NCBI GenBank assembly: GCA_050124835.1
Contig: JASFEM010000004.1
Span: 3,588-67,587 of the forward strand
DNA: 64,000 bases
Direction: 5' to 3'
DNA from: Syntrophobacterales bacterium
Lineage (GTDB): Bacteria > Desulfobacterota > Syntrophobacteria > BM002
Shown: positions 19,922-29,649 of the stretch, one piece after another
Numbering within the stretch: the first letter of the stretch is position 1
Layout of the letters: each line of letters begins with the position of its first letter
Program-made: the position numbers and the translations under genes
The notes under the pieces: model-generated
Database searches by the model: none
The model's input: the letters and a program-made list of their open reading frames with translations, nothing else
What the model was told of the DNA's origin: nothing

Positions 19922-19994
19922 GAAGTGGCGCGAAATTCAGTAGCATTAAGTATAAACAGTAAGTCGTTAGGAGGCACCTACCACAAACGTACAT

Positions 19995-20023
19995 GGCGCA
20001 AGGCACAAGGCACAAGGAGTCAG
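19995..20023. repeat. heptamer tandem array (AAGGCAC)x3-4
   Basis: The sequence reads GGCGCAA GGCACAA GGCACAA GGAGTCA. Confidence 0.7.
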
Positions 20024-20132
20024 AATTTAGAAGATAAGAGCTGAAACGAGTCTCTCCCCTGGCTACTGACTACTTGCCTTGATCTGGTCGACAGGTCTCG
20101 TCGCAGGGCCGACTACTGGATTCTTTGAAATA

Positions 20133-20164
20133 GCCTTACGCCCTGGGCCTTGAGCCTTATGCCC
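20133..20164. repeat. heptamer tandem array (GCCTTAN/CCTTRNG)x4, the same family as 56767-56801
   Basis: GCCTTACG CCCTGGG CCTTGAG CCTTATG CCC, near-identical in pattern to the array upstream of the gene at 56881. Confidence 0.7.
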
Positions 20165-20234
20165 AAGTTACAAAATATCTACCGTTTGGAACTCGAATTT
20201 CGCGCTCAACGATAGTGGCTAATAGGAGAATATT

Positions 20235-20666
20235 ATGTGCGATCAGTGTGACTACCTTGGTCTCCTTGAAAATAGTGGTTTGGGCCATACTGCCAATCGA
20301 CTCAGTGTCCTGGAAATCATCGGAAACAGTCCCCACCCGCTGAGTGCCCAAGAAATTATTGAAAGATTGAACCGAACCCAAGGGATAAACAGAGTTACCG
20401 TTTACCGTAACCTCGACCTTTTGGTGGAGAATAGACTGGTTGAGCGCATTAGCGCCGGTGACCGCTCCTTCCGTTACGGTCTGGCTCCAAATATTAATCA
20501 TGAACCTCATTCCCACTTTTATTGTACAGAATGTGGCGAAATGGAATGCATCAAACCCGAATTTGTTTATCTGAACATGGAATCGCTCGAGCGCACTTTT
20601 CTTGGATTGATTGAAAGAGTGGAAGTCCGCTTTGATGGCATCTGCGAGGATTGTCGAAGGGGGTAA
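20235..20666 (+). CDS. zur: Fur-family metalloregulator, likely zinc uptake regulator
   Basis: 143 aa with a winged-helix N-terminus, HxH/CxxC metal sites (HEPHSHFYCTECG ... CEDC), and a position immediately after znuACB. Confidence 0.7.
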   Translation: MCDQCDYLGLLENSGLGHTANRLSVLEIIGNSPHPLSAQEIIERLNRTQGINRVTVYRNLDLLVENRLVERISAGDRSFRYGLAPNINHEPHSHFYCTECGEMECIKPEFVYLNMESLERTFLGLIERVEVRFDGICEDCRRG

Positions 20667-20670
20667 CTTT

Positions 20671-20746
20671 AGATTGTGGATTGTAGATTGCGGATTGCAG
20701 ATTGTAGATTGTGGATTGCAGATTGTAGATTGTGGATTGCAGATGC
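20671..20746. repeat. long heptamer tandem array (RGATTGY)x about 11 between the convergent zur and GAF-HD-GYP genes
   Basis: AGATTGT GGATTGT AGATTGC GGATTGC AGATTGT AGATTGT GGATTGC ... Its translation on the minus strand produces the artefactual ICNPQSTICNPQST ORF. Confidence 0.85.
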
Positions 20747-20770
20747 GAAAGATAAAGGAAATTGTGCAGG

Positions 20771-22069
20771 TCAAATTAAAATTGGTGGGAAAGAAGGATC
20801 TTCATCGCAACCTGCATACTCTTCGTTATCAGGATAGCGATGCTGAATAGAGCGGAAAACATCCAAAGAGGAAAAGAAGACCTCGATGAGGTTGGGATCG
20901 AACTGTTGCCCTGCCCCTTGCTCCATGGTCGTAAGGATATCAGCCTCGGCCCAGGCTTCCTTATACGCCCTCTTGGTGGAGAGGGCGTCGTAAACGTCCG
21001 CAATAGCGACAATCCTACCGAAAAGAGGGATCTCATCGGCCCTTTTTCCGCGTGGCTCGAGTTGTTGCACAGAGAAACTTAACCCCGGTCCTGTGGCCGC
21101 CAGATCCACGTGGCCGGGATAACCTTTGCCATTCCACCACTCATGATGGTTAAGGGCAACTTCTGCTGCGGCCTCGTCAAAATCTGATTTCCGGTCAATG
21201 AAGAGTCTTGCCCCAAAAAAGGTGTGATGTTTCATAATCTCATATTCTTCTTCAGTGAGCCGTCCAGGTTTCTTCAATATTTGATCTGATATTGCAATCT
21301 TGCCCACATCGTGGAGCATGGCTGCCATACGCAGCACATCTCGCTTCGACCGGATCTCTTCCGCGGGAATGGAATTCTCTTCTGCCCAGCGCTCGTATAT
21401 CTCCACAGAATATGATGCAACCCGGTTGACGTGAGCGCCCGTCTCCTTGGGATCCCGCAACTCAGCCATTTTGATCATCCGTAGGATGAGGGTTCGGGTC
21501 ATCTGTGCTCTTTCCAGGGCCATGGTGGCCATGCTCGCAAAGTGATCCATCATCCTTTCGTCTTCTTTTGAAAATGGTATGATACCGCCCTGTTCATCTT
21601 GGGAGTTGATCACCTGGAGCACACCGATGACCTCCTCCCTCAGGGTTTTGAGTGGGATAGCCAATACCGAGTGCGTCTTATAGCCAGAAGTCTCATCAAA
21701 TTGTCGACTGAAGCTGTATGGGACTGCGTTGTCAAGGTTGTAGACATCGGGGATATTCAACGTCTTACCGGTGATGGCCGAATAACCTGCTATACTGCTC
21801 TCATCCGCTGGAATGGCAAAAGTGTTGTAGATGAGTTTTACTCCCCTGGGCAGCCTCTTTTGGAGGGTGGCATTCTGGGTGTAGGTGAAGTGCAGTTGAC
21901 TCTTGTCTCGGATATATATTGATCCCGCATCGGCGTTCACAACTCGGCGGGCCTCCGTAAGAATGTGCTCCATGAGGATATCGAGGTCTTTGACCTGATT
22001 CAGCTCCGTTCCCAGGTTGGTCAAAACCTCGAGTTTTTGTTTCTCAGTAAGCATCCTGCCACTCAACAA
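20771..22069 (-). CDS. GAF domain / HD-GYP domain c-di-GMP phosphodiesterase
   Basis: An N-terminal GAF-like region is followed by HD-GYP motifs HDVGKIAISD and HHEWWNGKGYPG. Confidence 0.8.
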   Translation of the reverse strand: MLSGRMLTEKQKLEVLTNLGTELNQVKDLDILMEHILTEARRVVNADAGSIYIRDKSQLHFTYTQNATLQKRLPRGVKLIYNTFAIPADESSIAGYSAITGKTLNIPDVYNLDNAVPYSFSRQFDETSGYKTHSVLAIPLKTLREEVIGVLQVINSQDEQGGIIPFSKEDERMMDHFASMATMALERAQMTRTLILRMIKMAELRDPKETGAHVNRVASYSVEIYERWAEENSIPAEEIRSKRDVLRMAAMLHDVGKIAISDQILKKPGRLTEEEYEIMKHHTFFGARLFIDRKSDFDEAAAEVALNHHEWWNGKGYPGHVDLAATGPGLSFSVQQLEPRGKRADEIPLFGRIVAIADVYDALSTKRAYKEAWAEADILTTMEQGAGQQFDPNLIEVFFSSLDVFRSIQHRYPDNEEYAGCDEDPSFPPILI

Positions 22070-22441
22070 AGAAAATAGATCAGTCCCCCAAGAAGACCCC
22101 TATGATGACCCCAAAGTGAAACCAGGCCATTGAGGCAGAAGTCTTCTCCAGTATATGATATGGCCTGTTTCCGAGCCACAATTAAACCCCAAGACTCAGC
22201 AGTATGATGCGGATTTGGGGCCAAAGATCTCCAATTTCCGCCTACATACGTGCAAGAATCATTCCCCGCCCTGAAGTGGAAAGAGAGTGTCCAAACAAAC
22301 ATGGTGCTAGCCATTTGCACTTCGCCCGCCAACGATATTGGTCGCTTTCAAAAAGGTAGCGAACTTACCAATCGTTCAGCGAAAAATTGATGGCGTCAAA
22401 ACAAGTTATCAGTCTGCTTGTGGTATGGCAGGTATGCAACA

Positions 22442-22831
22442 CTAGGGTTGAGATTTCTTTCTCGTCCACTTAATTTGTGGCCGGTTCTTGAACCTAAAGG
22501 TGCCACCCTTTTCTGAAGAATAGTAGATGGGGAACTCGTATTTTAGCCCCTCGGGGATGACGTAATAGAGGACGTACAAAGTGTTTCCCGTATCGTCCAC
22601 GGTTCTGTCTATCCCCACGATGGGGTATGTGACAAAGTCAAAGTATCCTTCTCCCTGTTCAAAGACGATCGTATCCTTGGTAATTTGAATATCCCGGTTG
22701 GTATACCCTGGATATGTTGTCTCCCAAATCCCAACCAACTCATCCGGAACAATTACCTCTTTCTTACACTGCGTGGATAAAAGCAATGCTATGACAACGA
22801 ACAGTAATATGGTCTTTGATCTCATACGCAT
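22442..22831 (-). CDS. small lipoprotein, hypothetical
   Basis: Signal peptide with lipobox LLSTQC and a beta-rich mature part. No recognisable family. Confidence 0.45.
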   Translation of the reverse strand: MRMRSKTILLFVVIALLLSTQCKKEVIVPDELVGIWETTYPGYTNRDIQITKDTIVFEQGEGYFDFVTYPIVGIDRTVDDTGNTLYVLYYVIPEGLKYEFPIYYSSEKGGTFRFKNRPQIKWTRKKSQP

Positions 22832-22885
22832 TTTACAACTGGTGCCGTGGGAGTTTCATTTATCGCAAAAACATCACGCCTATTA

Positions 22886-25051
22886 TCACGAGGCAGTATG
22901 CATGCCAGCTTCTTTCACCTCTTCTTCGAGCTCACTGTCTTCCTTAGCCATGACTTCAAGAAAGGCATCCACCACCTTGGGGTCGAACTTGCTGCCAATC
23001 CCTTCCTTGATGAATTCAATGACCGTGTCACGGGCCAGCCCTTCACGGTAGGGACGATCTGAGATCAGGGCATCGTAGTGGTCGGATACAGTAAATATGC
23101 GGGCTCCAAGACTGATATCTTCACCACCGACTCCGTCCGGATACCCACTGCCGTCAAAATACTCGTGGTGTTGCAATACGATGGGTATGACGCCAGCATA
23201 GGCATCAATTGGTTCCAGTATACGCGCACCTATACGCACATGTTCGCGCATGAACTGATATTCATCATCAGTCAACTTGCCAGGCTTATCGAGAATTTCT
23301 GGAGGAATGCCTATCTTGCCAATGTCGTGAAGCAGGCCCCCTCTATGGAGGTCATCCAGTTCTTTTTGATTGAGTCCCATAACCTGGCCGATCCTCAAGG
23401 CGAGCTGGGTTACCCGCTCGGAGTGACCCGCCGTCCAGGCAGATTTGGCATCTATAGCCCTGGCCAAAGCGTAGAGGGTACCCCAGTTTAGTTCGTCCAA
23501 CTCCTCAATCAACCGGGCATTTGACATTGCCACCGCCACCTGATCCGCCAACTGACGAGCCTGGACCGCATCCTCCTCGTTGTACATCTCTGGGTCAAGG
23601 TAGCCCACGGCGATCAAACCTGAAAGCCTCTCACTAACAAACATGGGAAGAGCGAAAAATAACTCTATCCCCATCCCCGCCAGAGAGGCAAGATAGTGGG
23701 GATATTCCTCTGTCGCCTCTATCAGTAATTGTTCAGGATTATCGTTGAGCTTTTGCACCTCTTCAACCGTCAGGGTAACGGGAACCAGCCAGTTTTCACT
23801 CTCCGCGTCGCCGTACTGGATATGCATTAGCCCGGCATTAGGAGATTCAGAGTCGAGCAGGGCCACACCCACACAATCACAGGGTAGCAACTCGCGCATT
23901 CGCGTAAGCACCGTGTCTACGATTTTTCGCGTGTCCAAAGCAGAAAGGATGGCCCGATCTATTTCATTCATGGTAGTAAGGGCGTTGAACTGTCTGTCCA
24001 ATCTATTGGCCATGATATTGAACGACGCCGCCAATTCCTGAAACTCATCACCGCTGGTGACTGTCACCTGAGTCGTAAAATCCCTCTCGGCGATCCTCCT
24101 TGTCCCCTCTTGCAGTTTTTCTAGCGGGATCAGACTCCTCCTAATCTGGCTGATGCTGAGTAGCAGCACCACCCATAAAGACAGAAGGATGACGAGGGGA
24201 AAGATTTTCTTGAATCTGGCCATGGGTGCGAGCACATGCGCTTTGGATTCGCTCAGTACCAGGGTCCAACTCGGCGAAAAAAATCTGAATTTAAGAAATA
24301 TCGACCGGTAGCTCGCTGTATATGTTTTGTCCTCATGTTGCCACTCGAATTGTCCCGCCTTGGCCCCGGTCATCTGGGAGACCACCTCCTCCGTGAACGA
24401 CACCGGGTGGGAGAGGGTTGAAAAGATCATCTGATTATCAGGGTCTAGAACACAAAGCTCGGTCATCGGGGGCAGCGTACTTTCGTCGGGAGTACCCCAC
24501 AGGTAGGTTGGCTTGACCTCTGCCAACAGAATTCCCCGAGTCGGCAACTGCGGATCAAACATTCTTTGCATCAGAATGCGAGCGGGGCTATGCGGGCGAC
24601 TCTCAGTAAAAAGGAGGGTTCTGCCGGAACGTATGTGCTCCTGTTGTGCGGGGCTCAATTGCGGCGGCACCTCCTCTTGGCCCAGAAGAACCGTGGTGCT
24701 TCCCGAATCTTTGATCAGGACAAAGGTCCTGAATCGCTGGTCCAAGCGATCGCGCAGCTCTTGGAAGCCGTGGTTGGTGGTACTGACCGGGCCGCTTAAC
24801 AGCGTCGAAGCGACCATCCGCATTTCGGCATCCAGAAATAGCAGCCGTTCGGAGATGGTGTAGTTCATGGCCTTGGCCGCCTGATGCAGCCGTCTCTGGC
24901 TTTGCTCGGTAAGTTGTTTGGTCACGTGGGTAAAAGAGAGGATGGCGAGAGCGGTGATGGGAAGGAGGGCACAGGTGACGAAAAGCAGAAAAATCCTGCG
25001 CGCCACCTTGCTCCGAAGGAATGTCGAGTCAATTTTCATGATCCGCACCAA
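22886..25051 (-). CDS. membrane sensor protein: periplasmic sensing domain, HAMP, GAF, HD-GYP
   Basis: Two TM segments flank an extracytoplasmic region of about 270 aa, followed by a HAMP-like helix after TM2. The HD-GYP motifs HDIGKIGIPPEIL and HHEYFDGSGYPDG are present. Confidence 0.8.
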   Translation of the reverse strand: MVRIMKIDSTFLRSKVARRIFLLFVTCALLPITALAILSFTHVTKQLTEQSQRRLHQAAKAMNYTISERLLFLDAEMRMVASTLLSGPVSTTNHGFQELRDRLDQRFRTFVLIKDSGSTTVLLGQEEVPPQLSPAQQEHIRSGRTLLFTESRPHSPARILMQRMFDPQLPTRGILLAEVKPTYLWGTPDESTLPPMTELCVLDPDNQMIFSTLSHPVSFTEEVVSQMTGAKAGQFEWQHEDKTYTASYRSIFLKFRFFSPSWTLVLSESKAHVLAPMARFKKIFPLVILLSLWVVLLLSISQIRRSLIPLEKLQEGTRRIAERDFTTQVTVTSGDEFQELAASFNIMANRLDRQFNALTTMNEIDRAILSALDTRKIVDTVLTRMRELLPCDCVGVALLDSESPNAGLMHIQYGDAESENWLVPVTLTVEEVQKLNDNPEQLLIEATEEYPHYLASLAGMGIELFFALPMFVSERLSGLIAVGYLDPEMYNEEDAVQARQLADQVAVAMSNARLIEELDELNWGTLYALARAIDAKSAWTAGHSERVTQLALRIGQVMGLNQKELDDLHRGGLLHDIGKIGIPPEILDKPGKLTDDEYQFMREHVRIGARILEPIDAYAGVIPIVLQHHEYFDGSGYPDGVGGEDISLGARIFTVSDHYDALISDRPYREGLARDTVIEFIKEGIGSKFDPKVVDAFLEVMAKEDSELEEEVKEAGMHTAS

Positions 25052-25054
25052 TAG

Positions 25055-25558
25055 TCAAAATTTATAAGCGAGCCCAATGTATCTGCCATCATTGGCCCGG
25101 ATAATGTCATCATAACTTTGCTCGTTTAAGAGCCCCAATTTGGTTTGCCCGTCTTTTCCCCTGCTGTAGAGATCGTAGTCTGTGTTTATCGGATGATCAC
25201 TCCCGTCCTTGCGCGCGTTTGCTGGCTTTCGATCCGTGGGCGGTCCAGTCATGGTATCTGTGGCGAAATCGAGGTACTCATATGGCCTTCCCCAGGGGTC
25301 GTTAATATAGATCCAGGGGGTCTCCGACGGGACATTATTATCAGGTTCCCTGCCGTTCTCTGCTGCAAACGCAGCGATCTCCGATTGGATGGTATGAATA
25401 TCCCCTATGGCATGGGTAACGTTTGCCCGGTACTTATATTCCTCCAGCATCGGTAACGCAATAGCGAACAGGGTCGCCACTATGGCAACGCTGACCAACA
25501 CCTCCACCAATGTGAAGCCTTGGCAAGATCCTTTCCTCCTTGGATTGAAGGATATCAT
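25055..25558 (-). CDS. prepilin-type N-terminal cleavage/methylation domain protein (type IV pilin or T2SS pseudopilin-like)
   Basis: G|FTLVEVLVSVAIVATLFAIALP is a classic class III signal with Glu at +5. The start is taken at MISFNPRRKGSCQG, while the ORF track extends to 25624. Confidence 0.6.
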   Translation of the reverse strand: MISFNPRRKGSCQGFTLVEVLVSVAIVATLFAIALPMLEEYKYRANVTHAIGDIHTIQSEIAAFAAENGREPDNNVPSETPWIYINDPWGRPYEYLDFATDTMTGPPTDRKPANARKDGSDHPINTDYDLYSRGKDGQTKLGLLNEQSYDDIIRANDGRYIGLAYKF

Positions 25559-25954
25559 CGCATCAATGTGCGATTGCAGCACAGGTGAACATACAGACGA
25601 GCGCTTTAATCCGTGTTTGTCCATACGTTTTCACATGGTGCCGCAGGCTTCTACAATTAGGTTGTCGGTTAGCCTCTGATATCCGACTAATGAATGCTAG
25701 CCGGTGCCGACCTGCCCTGACCGGTAGCGGCACAATATGGGCGGCCGAGAACTTTAATGAACGTCTCAGCCTGGCAGCGCTATTTGAGCAGCCCATCCTC
25801 TCCGTCTAAAAGTACCTTTTATTCCTCTCCGATACGCTATGCCGGTTTTCAGCTCTTAGGGTTAAAAACAGCAAGAACCATACCATTCCATCCATCGCCT
25901 GTCTACCCCGGCAGCGGTAACCTATCCTCCCCCAAAGGGGTGATGCTAAATTCA

Positions 25955-26098
25955 ATTGGAATGGTGGAATAATGGAACAAAGGAATGATGGGAAAAGAGC
26001 GAAAAACTTCACAACTCATGATGCTCAACCGCTCCGTACATTCGATCTACGTACTTAAACCCATTATTCCAACATTCCAGCATTCCAGCATTCCAATA
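25955..26098. repeat. inverted pair of 8-nt tandem arrays (NNNTGGAA)x4-5, about 70-nt spacer, (NNNTTCCA)x4, same family as 5559-5677
   Basis: Forward array ATTGGAA TGGTGGAA TAATGGAA CAAAGGAA TGATGGG at 25955-25992. Reverse array TTATTCCA ACATTCCA GCATTCCA GCATTCCA at 26063-26094. Confidence 0.75.
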
Positions 26099-26396
26099 GC
26101 CCTAGGCTTGTGTTTGCAGCCAAGCCCACAACCTGCGGGACCGACCGGCTCAGAGTGACCAGGTTCTCCATGACTGATTAACTCCAAGAGATTCCGAATA
26201 TTTCGTGGAGTACCCAGACCAAATATCACTTTTTCTCTTGCCAGTTTTTCCGCCTTCTTGTAGCCTGAAATTAGCCCATTTTTTGCTCGCCAGCGCGAAT
26301 TTCATCCTGATTTTCTTTTGCTCTGATGGGCCTGCAATCCAGCATCTTGGACATTTTGGGCAACAAGTTTTAGTGTCCCTTTATGAGGACAACGAA

Positions 26397-28082
26397 ATGA
26401 AAGGCGAAGACAGGAAAAAGGAGCAACTCGAGGGGAAATCGGTGGAGTTGGTCCAGCATCCTGTGAAATCGGAGCACCCGAAAAGTGGATCCATGCAGGC
26501 TAATGAGCCGATTGCCAGCGCCAAAGACGAGTGGGAGCGAACCTTTAACATTATACCGGATCCAATAGCAATCATAGACCGGGACTATCGGATTACATGG
26601 GTAAACAGGGCAATGGCCGAGAGGTTGGGCATTGTTCCCCACGAGGCCGTAGGAATGACCTGTTACCAAAACATCCATGGAATGGAAAAACCGCCATCAT
26701 TCTGTCCCCACACCAAGTTGCTGGCCGACGGTAAGGAGCATACGGCTGAGATTCATGAAACGCGTTTGGGCGGTGATTTCCGCGTTAGTGTCTCGCCTCT
26801 CCGCACCCCTGATGGAAGCATTATCGGGAGTATCCATCTTGCCCGCGATATCACCGAAAGCAAGCAGGTGGAGGAGGAGTTGCGGAGGAGGAGTCACGAT
26901 CTTGGCGAGCGCCTAAAGGAATTGCATTGCCTTTTTGACGTTTCTAGACTGATCGAAAGGCAAGAAATAGCCCGGAGCGAGATATTTCAGGGGATCGTCA
27001 ACCTGATTCCCCCTGCCTGGCAATATCCGGAGATTACTTGTGCTCGTGTCATCCTGGGGGAACAGGAATTCAGAACTGCAAATTTCAGAGAAACCAATTG
27101 GAAACAAGTCAGAGACATTACTGTGCACGGTGAAGTACAGGGATCCTTGGAGGTCTGTTATCTGGATGAGAAACCAGAATGCGAAGAAGGGCCCTTCATG
27201 AAGGAGGAAAGGAGCCTGCTAAATGCCATTGCCGAGCGATTCGGAAGACTCATTGAGCGCGAGGAAGCAGAGGAGGCGCTCCAAGAAGCTTATGATCATT
27301 TAGAGATGCAGGTTGAACGACGTACCGCAGAGCTAGCAAAGGCTAATGAAGAGTTGCAGGTCGAAATAAATGAGCGCAAGCGAGTGGAAGAGGCTTTAAG
27401 AAAGAGTTCGGAAAAACTGGAATCTTTCGCTTACTCGGTTATGCACGACCTCAAGAGTCCCTCTGTTGGAATATATGGGCTTACAGAGCTTCTTAATAAA
27501 CACTACAAGGATGTTTTGGACGAAAGGGGCAGGAACTATTGCGAGCAAATCTTAAAGTCTGCGGTGCACCTTGCCGCTCTCATCGAAAAAATCAATGTTT
27601 ACATCACAACGAAAGAAGCTCCCTTAAATCTTGTGAAAAACAATGTAAAAGAGATTCTTGAGATCGTTAGAGACGAATTCTCACCGCGGCTGGCTGTTCG
27701 TCAAATTGAGTGGCATGAACCTGAAATTGTCCCGGAGGTCAAGGTAGACAAATTGTCGATGATAAGGGTTTTTAGAAATTTTGTGGACAATGCCCTGAAA
27801 TATGGTGGAGAAGATCTAAGCGAGATCAGAATTGGTCATCAAGAATTCGAAGATTTCCACGTTTTTTCTGTGAGCGATAACGGAGCTGGGCTCAAAGGGA
27901 CAGATTATGAAAGGCTTTTTGCACCTTTTCGCAGAGACGACGCCTCTAAAGTGATCGATGGGGCTGGCCTTGGGTTAGCCATTGTAAGTGAGATAGCGGA
28001 GCGCCATAGAGGCAGCGTCTGGGCGGAGCCTGGTGAGGTTAAGGGAACGACATTTCACATATCAGTGTCTAAGGATCTTTAA
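26397..28082 (+). CDS. PAS-domain sensor histidine kinase
   Basis: A PAS region (IAIIDRDYRITWVNRAMAERLG...) is followed by a middle sensory/coiled-coil region. HisKA H-box MHDLKSPSVGIYGLTELL and HATPase_c G-boxes ([15 protein letters not shown]) are present. The start is taken at MKGEDRKK with a GAGGA RBS. Confidence 0.75.
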   Translation: MKGEDRKKEQLEGKSVELVQHPVKSEHPKSGSMQANEPIASAKDEWERTFNIIPDPIAIIDRDYRITWVNRAMAERLGIVPHEAVGMTCYQNIHGMEKPPSFCPHTKLLADGKEHTAEIHETRLGGDFRVSVSPLRTPDGSIIGSIHLARDITESKQVEEELRRRSHDLGERLKELHCLFDVSRLIERQEIARSEIFQGIVNLIPPAWQYPEITCARVILGEQEFRTANFRETNWKQVRDITVHGEVQGSLEVCYLDEKPECEEGPFMKEERSLLNAIAERFGRLIEREEAEEALQEAYDHLEMQVERRTAELAKANEELQVEINERKRVEEALRKSSEKLESFAYSVMHDLKSPSVGIYGLTELLNKHYKDVLDERGRNYCEQILKSAVHLAALIEKINVYITTKEAPLNLVKNNVKEILEIVRDEFSPRLAVRQIEWHEPEIVPEVKVDKLSMIRVFRNFVDNALKYGGEDLSEIRIGHQEFEDFHVFSVSDNGAGLKGTDYERLFAPFRRDDASKVIDGAGLGLAIVSEIAERHRGSVWAEPGEVKGTTFHISVSKDL

Positions 28083-28110
28083 ATATTCTTAACCCCAACC
28101 CCTATCACAT

Positions 28111-28767
28111 CTATCTAGTGATCAATCCCCTTTCCATGGCGTAGGCTGTGAGAGCTGATGCGCTATGGAGATCAAGTTTTTTCATGAGGTTGGCTCGGTG
28201 TTTTTCTACTGTTTTTACACTGATATACAGATAGTCCGCGATCTCCTTGTTCTTATGTCCCTCGGCAATGAGTTTGAGGATTTCGCGCTCACGTTTGGTA
28301 AGGGTATCCCATGGTGAGCCAGACTCAAATCCCTTCTTCCCATCCAAATATCCCTCTATCACCATTTGGCTAACCGAAGGACTTATATAACGCTTTCCCC
28401 CAAGTATACTTCTTATGGCCATCATCAGTTCAACTGAGGAGGCATCCTTCAAAAGGTAACCATCTGCCCCAGCCTGCAGGACCTCGAGAATGAACTCCTC
28501 CGTCTTGTGAACGGTCAGTGCCAATATCCTTGTTTCGGGGCTTCGCTTTTTGATCTCTCTGATGGCCTCAATACCGTTCATCTTTGGCATAGAGAGATCC
28601 ATCAGAATGAGGTCAGGCCCAAGTTGCTCAACACATTGCACGGCCTCGCGGCCGTCTTCCGCTTCTCCCACCACGGTACAGTCCGGATCGGAAGATAACA
28701 AGGCCCGCAGTCCCTCTCTTAATATAGTGTGGTCTTCGGCGATAACAATTTTGTGTTTTTCTCGCAC
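28111..28767 (-). CDS. LuxR/NarL-family response regulator (REC plus HTH_LuxR)
   Basis: Receiver ILMDLSMPKMNG and a C-terminal LuxR HTH (LTKREREILKLIAEGHKNKEIADYLYISVKTVEKH). Confidence 0.85.
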   Translation of the reverse strand: MREKHKIVIAEDHTILREGLRALLSSDPDCTVVGEAEDGREAVQCVEQLGPDLILMDLSMPKMNGIEAIREIKKRSPETRILALTVHKTEEFILEVLQAGADGYLLKDASSVELMMAIRSILGGKRYISPSVSQMVIEGYLDGKKGFESGSPWDTLTKREREILKLIAEGHKNKEIADYLYISVKTVEKHRANLMKKLDLHSASALTAYAMERGLITR

Positions 28768-29009
28768 GGCATCACCAACTATGGTCTGACCATTTCCGTC
28801 TAGAATACAGTCAGAAGTCGCAACTGTAAAGCGCTTCGCCTCAGTTTCGGCTCACCCCCCGACCCGTCGCCTTTTTAAAATACCGTGCAATATGAAAGTG
28901 TCTACCACATTCACCCCATTCTTGCGCGTGAGTCGATGCTTTAAAATGTTTTATCCCCTATAGGGTTATTGACCATGGCATTAGACAATACGGGAACGGG
29001 AAAAATCGC

Positions 29010-29408
29010 ATGCTCCATACCTTAATCGTTGAGGACAACGCTACATTTAGAGAATCGCTCAAGGAGATATTGTGCGACCGATTCCCCTCTCTGGTTGTGG
29101 AAGAAGCTGGGGACGGTAAGGAGGCGCTAGAGAAAATTGAGACCTTTGTGCCGCACCTCGTCTTTATGGACATAAGACTGCCTGGAGCAAGCGGCCTTGA
29201 AATAACCGGCAAAATAAAGGCACGCCACACTCAGATTGTCGTCATAATTCTTACTAGCTATGATCTTCCAGAGTATCGACAGGCAGCAGAACAATTCGGA
29301 GCCGATTACTTCCTTTCAAAAGGGGCAACGAGTGCTAAGGAGATTTTGGCGTTGGTGGGTGATATCTCCACTCGAATAGGTTTCGATTTAAATGGTCCGA
29401 ACCGCTAA
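29010..29408 (+). CDS. single-domain response regulator (CheY-like)
   Basis: 132 aa with receiver fold only. The phospho-aspartate context is VFMDIRLPGASG. Confidence 0.75.
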   Translation: MLHTLIVEDNATFRESLKEILCDRFPSLVVEEAGDGKEALEKIETFVPHLVFMDIRLPGASGLEITGKIKARHTQIVVIILTSYDLPEYRQAAEQFGADYFLSKGATSAKEILALVGDISTRIGFDLNGPNR

Positions 29409-29649
29409 CCCATACGGAAAAGACGCGAGCTCTAATGATTCACCCGGAAGTCTACACTCCATTATTTGCAGAAATACAGTATTTCTCCGCACGATCTACT
29501 CAATTCACCTGATTTACATCTAATTCATCATCAGTAACCTAGGGGTCATATTTACATTCCTACACCCCGAAACCTCAGATAAGAGTCCGTTTCAAGAGAA
29601 TATACGAATGCGGCTCAAGCCGCCGCTCACTCTTTTTAGGAGTACAACC

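Noticed and set aside
19051-20750. Possible CRISPR array (short direct repeats)
   Set aside because: The units are 7 nt and contiguous with no unique spacers. No cas genes and no 25- to 40-nt repeat are present. This is tandem-repeat DNA, not CRISPR.
20157-20774. 205-aa minus-strand ORF containing ICNPQSTICNPQSTICNPQST
   Set aside because: The repeated peptide is just the translation of the (AGATTGY) heptamer array. The ORF runs antisense through the zur gene and has no RBS or family signal, so it is an artefact of the repeat.
22063-22332. 89-aa minus ORF upstream of the GAF-HD-GYP gene
   Set aside because: It overlaps the start region of the HD-GYP gene in another frame, with no motif support. 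It is probably non-coding leader.
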